Source of the DNA: Bdellovibrionales bacterium
GTDB taxonomy: Bacteria; Bdellovibrionota; UBA1018; JADZFF01
Length of the DNA stretch: 64,000 nt
NCBI GenBank assembly: GCA_020850015.1
Contig: JADZFF010000012.1
Span: 8,994 to 72,993 of the forward strand
Direction: 5' to 3'
The notes below the pieces were generated by a model. That model did not search any database. It was given only the letters and a program-made list of their open reading frames with translations, and had not been told where the DNA came from. This document shows positions 57,983 through 64,000 of this stretch, in pieces (the first letter of the stretch is position 1; each line of letters starts with the position of its first letter). A program made the translations under genes and the position numbers.

Positions 57983-59029
57983 GTGGATCTCATCATCGCG
58001 GGTGATCAGGACGTGAAGGAGTGGGCTTCGGGCAGCAAGTCCATCGAATCCATCGAGCGATTGCCCGGCGACGCAAGTACACGAAGGTACTACCGTGTGC
58101 GCGCAGGGGAGGATTCCTATATCGTCATGAAGACGGACCCCTTCGTCGCCGAGGGCGAGAACTATCCCTTTCTGGAGGTTCAGAGACACCTCGCCGGCGC
58201 GGGCGTGGACGTGCCTCAGGTCCATGACGTGGATTCAGAGCGCGGATTCGCCCTGCTCGAGGATCTCGGTGACGTCACGCTCCTCAAACGTCTTCAGTCC
58301 GTGACCGACGTGGAGGTGGAGCGCGGCCTCTACCAGAAGGTCATTGATTCCTTGGTGCGCCTGCATGTGAGCGCGGGCCCTTCTTCGGCCCAGAAGCCGG
58401 TCGCCGGGTTCGCCCTGAGCTTCGACCACGAGAAGCTCATGTGGGAGGTGAACTTCACGATCGAGCATTTCTACCGACTTCATCTTGAGCGACAGATCTC
58501 GGAACGGGATCTCGGGATCATGACCGAGTCATTCAGCGCGATCTGCGCCGAGCTGGCGGCCGAGCCCACCGTCTTCACGCACCGCGATTTCCACAGTCGC
58601 AACGTGATGGTGGTTCCGGCGGGCGAGCTGTCCCAGCGCGGGAAGGCGGACGACCGCCTGGTGATGATCGATTTCCAGGATGCCCGCATGGGGCCGCCTC
58701 AGTACGATCTCGCCTCGCTCCTGCGCGACTCGTATTACCAGCTCAGCGAGGAACAGGTTGCCCGCCTCATCGATTACTATCTGGCGCGCTATGAGGCACT
58801 GAGCGGCGCAAAGCTTCAGAGCCAGAAATTCGCCCGCCTCTTCGATCTGATGTCCGTTCAGCGCAATTTCAAGGCTATCGGCAGCTTCGCGTCTTTTCTC
58901 AACAAGCGCGGCATAGCCACCTACCTGAAATACGTAGGCAACACCTTCGAGAACATCCGGCGCACCCTTCTTCGGCATCCTGAGTTCTCCGAGCTTCGTG
59001 AGGTCTTGTTCCATTACTACTATTTCTGA
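57983..59029 (+). CDS. amgK: N-acetylmuramate/N-acetylglucosamine 1-kinase AmgK-like (APH-family phosphotransferase)
   Basis: Hallmark HRDFHSRNVMV and Brenner-like blocks and DFQD. The start is uncertain; GTG 57983 is the first in-frame start candidate after the upstream stop. Confidence 0.6.
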   Translation: MDLIIAGDQDVKEWASGSKSIESIERLPGDASTRRYYRVRAGEDSYIVMKTDPFVAEGENYPFLEVQRHLAGAGVDVPQVHDVDSERGFALLEDLGDVTLLKRLQSVTDVEVERGLYQKVIDSLVRLHVSAGPSSAQKPVAGFALSFDHEKLMWEVNFTIEHFYRLHLERQISERDLGIMTESFSAICAELAAEPTVFTHRDFHSRNVMVVPAGELSQRGKADDRLVMIDFQDARMGPPQYDLASLLRDSYYQLSEEQVARLIDYYLARYEALSGAKLQSQKFARLFDLMSVQRNFKAIGSFASFLNKRGIATYLKYVGNTFENIRRTLLRHPEFSELREVLFHYYYF

Positions 59030-59033
59030 AGCC

Positions 59034-60005
59034 ATGCTCCTTACGGCGGGATTCGGCACACGGCTCAGGCCGTTCACCGAGGCCTGCGCGAAACCGCTGT
59101 TGCCGCTCCTGGGTGTTCCGATCGCGCAGTATGCCGCCGATCTCCTGGGCGCGGCGGGCGTGAAATCCGTGGTGGCGAACGCGCACTGGCTGCTGGATCG
59201 CACGGAAGCCGGCTTGAAGGGCCTGGATTGGGGTGGAGCGAAGCTCACCGTGACCCGCGAGCCCGAGCGGATCCTGGGCGGCGCGGGAGGGATCCGCGCG
59301 GCTCTTCATCTCTTCAATGGAGCGTTCTTTTACGTGAACGGCGACATCGTCTGCGACGTCGACCTTGCCGCTCTGGGCGCCCGGCACGAGCAGCTCCGGC
59401 GGAGCCATGGAGTGAAGGCTACGCTCGCCGTCATGGAGAGCGTCCCTGGGGCCGCGGGCGTGTACCGTGAGGCAAGGATCAGCGCGGACGGAGAGCGGCT
59501 CTCGAGTTTCGGATCGCTGAAGCCCGGGGTCCGCTTTTTCGCGGGGGTAGCGGTGCTCGAAAAGGCGCTGTTCGAGCCGCTTCCGGAGGGACGCCCCGTG
59601 GATATGTACGACGAAGTACTTCTTCCAGCGTCCGTGCGAGGCGAGCTTGGCGTGCATCTGCATCGCGGGATTTGGTTCGATATCGGCGACGCGCGGCTCT
59701 GGAGGGATGCGCATGTCGGCATGTTGAGCCGGCGGCTGGAGGATCTTCCGCTCGCCTGGCATCGGAGGTTCGGCGCGGAGCTTCGTCCCGCCGCCGCGCA
59801 TCCCGGTGTTTTTCTGAGCACGGATGCCGCATCTCCCCCAGAGGGCGCGAGGTGGGAGGGCCCATCATTCTGGAGCGGAACCGGTGGAGCTCCGAAGAAG
59901 CTCGCCGCGGGTACAGTTTGGTACGGCCCCCACCAGCCTCAGCGGGATCCCTTGGGCCCGGGCATCGGCTGGGGCGGGAACTGGGTGGGACTCGGCCCGG
60001 TCTAG
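59034..60005 (+). CDS. murU: MurNAc-alpha-1-phosphate uridylyltransferase MurU-like nucleotidyltransferase (with a ~100-aa C-terminal extension)
   Basis: N-terminal LLTAGFGTRLRPFT..KPLLPLLGVP nucleotidyltransferase motif. The gene begins 4 nt after the amgK stop. Confidence 0.7.
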   Translation: MLLTAGFGTRLRPFTEACAKPLLPLLGVPIAQYAADLLGAAGVKSVVANAHWLLDRTEAGLKGLDWGGAKLTVTREPERILGGAGGIRAALHLFNGAFFYVNGDIVCDVDLAALGARHEQLRRSHGVKATLAVMESVPGAAGVYREARISADGERLSSFGSLKPGVRFFAGVAVLEKALFEPLPEGRPVDMYDEVLLPASVRGELGVHLHRGIWFDIGDARLWRDAHVGMLSRRLEDLPLAWHRRFGAELRPAAAHPGVFLSTDAASPPEGARWEGPSFWSGTGGAPKKLAAGTVWYGPHQPQRDPLGPGIGWGGNWVGLGPV

Positions 60006-60238
60006 CGTCCTGGTCTCGGTTTCTGCGGCTGCTGGTTTGCCCCGCCTTGACCTGGCGCCGGAGCCCTGTCGCGGAGATGGATCGCGTCCACCGGGCAGAC
60101 CATCACGCAGGAGCGGTGGTCCTTGCACGTGTCGGCGTCGATCACGTAGATCTCCCTGCCCTCGACGATGGATCCGGTCGGGCACTCGAAGAGGCATGCG
60201 CCGCATTTCGTGCAGCTCTTGTCGATCCAGTGGGCCAT
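60002..60238 (-). CDS. 2x[4Fe-4S] ferredoxin
   Basis: Two cysteine clusters (CTKCGACLFECP and CKDHRSCVMVCP). Confidence 0.8.
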   Translation of the reverse strand: MAHWIDKSCTKCGACLFECPTGSIVEGREIYVIDADTCKDHRSCVMVCPVDAIHLRDRAPAPGQGGANQQPQKPRPGR

Positions 60239-60258
60239 CCCTGTTTTCAGGATAGAGT

Positions 60259-60990
60259 GTGTGCGATGCTAGGTCCATGAGGATGCGGGTACTTTCAGTT
60301 CCGGCGAGACTCCGCCTCGCGGCGTCCATGCTGGTGCTCACGATTCCCTTCGCGGCCTTGGAGTGCGTGCTCTACCTGCAGGCGCCATGGTGGAATCTCC
60401 CTTACCCGCGAATCGTGGCCGCGAGCCTCGCCGCCGTGGGCCTGTGTCTGTTTCTTGGCGGCGGCATCCTGCTCGGCCGTCGGTGGGTTGCGGCGGCCGG
60501 CGCTCTCCTGGGCATGACTTGGGTGTTGGGCTCCGGCTGGGCGGCCTTCCGCGAAGGGAGCTTCTGGCTGGGCCTGCTCACCCTGGTGCTCGGGGTTTAC
60601 TGGTACACCTGGGTGGGCTGGGTGAGGCACGAGCTGGGACGTTCCTACCTGGATCCGGGGTTGACCTGGTACGTTGGCCGGCCAAAGCCCGTGCCTGATC
60701 TCATCTGCAGGCTTGCGTGGGATGGAGCCGAGAGAGAGTTGCGGGTGGCGCGGATGGATTCCGAGGGCGTGTTCCTTTTCGGTTCTGGCATTGGCGGCCG
60801 GACGTCCGAGAGTAAGCTAGATCTTCGTTTCGATTTCCGCGGACGAACCGTCAGCTGCGTGGCTGAGCCCGTGGGCCAGCTGCCCGACCGAGGCGGGCTC
60901 GGCCTGAGGTTTTGCGACAATACGGCCGACGCACGCAAGGAGTTGGGGGATTTCGTGGAACAACTGAGGGGAGAGGGGCATGTGGTCTAG
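60259..60990 (+). CDS. membrane protein with a C-terminal PilZ-like domain
   Basis: Four predicted transmembrane helices, then RELRVAR...MDSEGVFLFGSG resembling the PilZ RxxxR and DxSxxG c-di-GMP-binding motifs. Confidence 0.45.
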   Translation: MCDARSMRMRVLSVPARLRLAASMLVLTIPFAALECVLYLQAPWWNLPYPRIVAASLAAVGLCLFLGGGILLGRRWVAAAGALLGMTWVLGSGWAAFREGSFWLGLLTLVLGVYWYTWVGWVRHELGRSYLDPGLTWYVGRPKPVPDLICRLAWDGAERELRVARMDSEGVFLFGSGIGGRTSESKLDLRFDFRGRTVSCVAEPVGQLPDRGGLGLRFCDNTADARKELGDFVEQLRGEGHVV

Positions 60991-61438
60991 GCTCTTGATC
61001 GCTGCATGGATGGTGGGATTCCTGAGCGCGTGCACTGGCGGCGGCGGGCCTCTTTCCCCGAAGAAGCGGCTCGAAACCTATGTTTCGCACAGCTTCGCGG
61101 TTTCCGATGCGGGGGACCGCTCGAAGCTCGCCAGCTTTCTGACGGGGGATGCTCTGGATCGGCTTCAAGCCTGGTCGGACGATGAGTTCAAGGCAGCCTT
61201 CGTCGACAACAAGCGGAAATTCCACAGCCTTCGCGTGGTGCGGCAGACCGCGGTGTCCGCCGAAGAGGTGACGATCGAATACGAGCTCACGTATTTCGAC
61301 AAGAGCGGACAGTACGAGGCCCGAGTGGCGAACCGGAAGCTCGCGGAGCTCGTGCTGATCGATCGCGACTGGCTGATCAAGCAGGTGCGAAACGTCCAGG
61401 AAGTTGTTGAATACAAGGACGCCCTAACGCTCCCCTGA
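60980..61438 (+). CDS. hypothetical lipoprotein
   Basis: Lipobox FLSACTGG. No recognisable domain. Confidence 0.4.
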   Translation: MWSRLLIAAWMVGFLSACTGGGGPLSPKKRLETYVSHSFAVSDAGDRSKLASFLTGDALDRLQAWSDDEFKAAFVDNKRKFHSLRVVRQTAVSAEEVTIEYELTYFDKSGQYEARVANRKLAELVLIDRDWLIKQVRNVQEVVEYKDALTLP

Positions 61439-61603
61439 GTCCACACCGTCATTTTCCCGGCGGGGTGCGGAATGCCCCAGCGCTGCCGCTCAAGGACGCG
61501 GGCCGTAGGGCCGATGCGGATGGAAGGGGAGAGTGGCTTGAGCCAACGATCGCATCTATCCCAGGACCTCGATCTCCCTCTCGATTCAGGGGGCCTCGAG
61601 GTC

Positions 61604-62143
61604 ATGTCCGCTCGGGCGGGATTCCTTGAGACGACGCTCGATCTGCTCACTCGGGACGTCTCCTTCGAGGAATTCGTCCGCGAGTTGCTTTCAGTGATCG
61701 TGGCCGCTTCGCGCAGCGAGGCAGGATCGGTGCTCGAGATCAACTACAAGGAAGAAAGCGTCTTCTTCCGTACCGCCCTGGGTTACGGCGCCGAACAGGT
61801 TGTGAGATTCGTCATTCCCCTGGGCCAGGGCATCGTGGGTCACGTCGTGGAGTCGCGCCTTCCGTTCCACATGAGCCACGCGGAGGAAAACAAGAGGCAC
61901 CTGGCTTCGATCTCCCACGCCGTCGGCTTCGTGGTGCGGAACATGATCGCGGTCCCGCTGATCATCCGCGGAAAGGTGTTCGGCGTCGTGGAGTTGCTGA
62001 ACCGGATCGCAGAGGACGACTACTGCCAGCAGGATCTGGACGAGGTAAACCAATTCTGCAAGTACGCCGCGAAAGCGATCGAGCTGCGGCTGATGATGTC
62101 CTGGGCGGCCTCCCGGACACGGAAGAACGAGGAGGCGGCATGA
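61604..62143 (+). CDS. GAF-domain protein
   Basis: GAF-like fold pattern (FVIPLGQGIVGHVVESRLPF...MIAVPLIIRGKVFGVVELLN). Start taken at the internal ATG 61604. Confidence 0.55.
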   Translation: MSARAGFLETTLDLLTRDVSFEEFVRELLSVIVAASRSEAGSVLEINYKEESVFFRTALGYGAEQVVRFVIPLGQGIVGHVVESRLPFHMSHAEENKRHLASISHAVGFVVRNMIAVPLIIRGKVFGVVELLNRIAEDDYCQQDLDEVNQFCKYAAKAIELRLMMSWAASRTRKNEEAA

Positions 62144-62340
62144 GCTCGGATCCTCTTCGCAAACCGCCCATCCCGGTTTCCATCCCGGCGCCAGATGAGT
62201 ACACTGGCTCGCAGCCCGCGATCATTCGCCCAGGCGGCGGAACCCAGGCGAGCGCGAAGCTCGCGGTCGTGAAGGCGCCGCCCCGCCCGTCAGAGGCCAT
62301 GATGCCCGAAACCGGTATCGACTCGGGCTCGCGATACGAC

Positions 62341-63414
62341 ATGAAGTTCCTGGTGCGCGCCCTGCTGAAGTACGGCGCCTCAGATCTCCACCTCAAGGTT
62401 GACCGCCCCCCGCTCTACCGGATCAACGGCAAGCTCATCCCCGCGAAAATGGAGTCTCTGGGGGCCGAGGCGATCCAGCACGTGATCTACGGCGTGCTTT
62501 CGGACCGCCAGATCCGCGACCTGGATCAGAAGCTCGCAATCGACTTCAGCTTCCGCATGGACGACCTGGGGCGATTCCGCTGCAATGTCTTTCATCAGAA
62601 GGGCACGCTCGCTGCTGTAGTGCGCATGATTCCGTTCCAGATTCCGCGCATGGAGGACCTAGGCGTTCCCATGGTCCTGAAAGAGATGATCCAGCGCAAA
62701 CGCGGGCTCATCCTCGTCACGGGCGCCACGGGCAGCGGGAAATCCACGACGCTGGCTTCGATGCTCAATTTCATCAACCAGAACAGCTCGGTCCATGTCA
62801 TCTGCATCGAGGATCCGATCGAGTTCGTTTTCCGCGACCAGAAGGCCTCCATCACCCAGCGCGAGTTGGGCTCCGACGTGCATTCGCTCGAGGAGGCGCT
62901 GAAAGACGGTCTGCGGCAGGATCCTGATGTCATCGTAGTCGGCGAGCTTCGGAACATGCAGATGATCCAGACCGCGCTGACCGCGGCAGAGACTGGCCAC
63001 CTAGTGATGTCCACGCTGCACACCAATAGCGCGAAGAGCACCGTGGAGAGGATCGTGGACGTGTTTCCTCCCGATGCGAAGAATCAGGTTCGGATCCAGC
63101 TCGCATCCACGCTGGTGGGCGTAGTGTCGCAACAGCTGCTCGTGCGCGCCGACGGCAGCGGCCGAGTGCCGGCCTGCGAGGTGCTCATCAACTCGCCGAC
63201 CATCGAAAGCTACATCTTCAAGAACGAGATCGAGCGGATCGATGAGGCCATCGAGCAGTCGAAGTCGTACTACAAGATGCAGAGCCTCAATCAAGACCTG
63301 GAACGCCTCGTCAAAGCCGGCACCGTTACGCTGGAAGAGGCGCTCAGGGTTTCGTACAACCCGGACAACCTCAAGCTCCGCCTCTCCGGCGTGACGCGCG
63401 AGGAGGGTTACTAG
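62341..63414 (+). CDS. pilT: type IV pilus retraction ATPase PilT/PilU family
   Basis: GASDLHL..PP..RING motif, Walker A GATGSGKST, and the PilT-type GHLVMSTLHTNSA. Start taken at ATG 62341; the upstream 67 codons of the track ORF are treated as a doubtful extension. Confidence 0.8.
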   Translation: MKFLVRALLKYGASDLHLKVDRPPLYRINGKLIPAKMESLGAEAIQHVIYGVLSDRQIRDLDQKLAIDFSFRMDDLGRFRCNVFHQKGTLAAVVRMIPFQIPRMEDLGVPMVLKEMIQRKRGLILVTGATGSGKSTTLASMLNFINQNSSVHVICIEDPIEFVFRDQKASITQRELGSDVHSLEEALKDGLRQDPDVIVVGELRNMQMIQTALTAAETGHLVMSTLHTNSAKSTVERIVDVFPPDAKNQVRIQLASTLVGVVSQQLLVRADGSGRVPACEVLINSPTIESYIFKNEIERIDEAIEQSKSYYKMQSLNQDLERLVKAGTVTLEEALRVSYNPDNLKLRLSGVTREEGY

Positions 63415-63443
63415 CCGGCCCGGTTCGCGTTACACTTGCGAGT

Positions 63444-64000
63444 ATGTGGTTCCGACTCACCGTCATACTGCGCTGGCTTGTCCTCGGGGCAGCGGTCTGT
63501 ACCCCTCCTGCCCTGCTCGGGCTGGTGGCTGGGGGAAGGTGGGGTGCCGCGATCGGCGCGCTGGCCGGGATCGCGGTCCTCTTCACCCTGGCCATGATCT
63601 CCGAACAGGTGGTGTTCAACTTCCACGCCACGAGCGATGAGCTTCCTCCCGGCCTGGGCAGGAGCTACGAACAGGTGCTGATCCAAGAAGGGATCCCACC
63701 CCGCCTGGCGCCCGGACTTCACATTTTTCCGGATCCCTCTCCGCTCGCCGTTTTGGCGCGCAACCCGGGCAGCCAGGGCACGCTTCTCGTGAGCCAGGGA
63801 GCCGTTTCCACGCTTGGCGAGAGGGATCTCCGGGACCTTCTCTCGGCCTGCGTTCGGAGAGTGGCGCGCCCGTGGGTTCCCCTGGCCACTTTGACCGCGG
63901 TGCTTGCCCTTGCGCTTTCCCGCGCCGCCCCGGAGGATTGGCTGAGGTTCCTCCAGCCGGAAGTGGGCCCGCAGGAATCGGCCGGGGCGAACCGCCTCAG
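63444..64000 (+). CDS. hypothetical membrane protein (3' end outside the window)
   Basis: Hand-read frame from ATG 63444 (MWFRLTVILRWLVLGAAVCTPPALLGLVAGG...) has two hydrophobic helices and runs to the window edge without a stop. Not in the ORF track. Confidence 0.3.
   Translation, partial: MWFRLTVILRWLVLGAAVCTPPALLGLVAGGRWGAAIGALAGIAVLFTLAMISEQVVFNFHATSDELPPGLGRSYEQVLIQEGIPPRLAPGLHIFPDPSPLAVLARNPGSQGTLLVSQGAVSTLGERDLRDLLSACVRRVARPWVPLATLTAVLALALSRAAPEDWLRFLQPEVGPQESAGANRL

Overview
This 64 kb window is a high-GC (about 65%) bacterial chromosomal segment with dense, mostly operonic coding and no detectable rRNA, tRNA, CRISPR array, transposase or integrase. Gene content and order suggest a flagellated Gram-negative organism, probably deltaproteobacterial or myxococcal-like. 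Housekeeping and core-metabolism content, from left to right: (1) an F1Fo ATP synthase operon (b'/b, delta, alpha, gamma, beta, epsilon); (2) an MltD-like lytic transglycosylase, xseB, tlyA and PBP1A, interleaved with an 800-aa Pro-rich membrane protein, a patatin-like lipoprotein lacking its catalytic Ser, and a TonB-family protein; (3) a glycine cleavage system split across strands, with gcvP on plus converging on folD-gcvT-gcvH on minus; (4) a flagellar cluster flgF-flgG-flgA-flgH-flgI-(orf)-flgJ(rod-binding)-flgM-flgN-flgK-flgL followed by csrA-fliW; (5) TPR, BamD-like and SH3b proteins; (6) an M20 peptidase-astA-astD-SDR cluster; (10) citrate synthase, deoxynucleoside kinase, a LysM lipoprotein and an M48-like protein lacking its HExxH histidines; (12) ferredoxin, a PilZ membrane protein, a GAF protein and a PilT ATPase. 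Three further units are taken up in the findings: (7) a secreted Cys-rich protein divergent from a MoxR AAA+ ATPase-VWA pair; (8) etfB-etfA plus a membrane HdrD-like Fe-S oxidoreductase; (9) a lysine operon (OMP, mini-lipoprotein, lysA, dapA, dapB, M14 peptidase, dapD). A cell-wall recycling pair, amgK-murU (11), lies between the M48-like protein and the ferredoxin. The strongest candidate for new biology is the MoxR/VWA junction: an A10 tract containing the dnaX-type A_AAA_AAG slippery heptamer, followed by a hairpin, where a -1 frameshift or one extra A would fuse MoxR to the VWA protein. This pair sits in an uncharacterised module with the secreted Gly/Pro/Met-tailed protein and an orphan intrinsic terminator that may mark an sRNA. 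Other notable signals are two predicted pseudo-enzymes, several long homopolymer tracts inside genes, perfect palindromic hairpins at convergent gene ends, and a partial arginine-succinyltransferase (AST) cluster.
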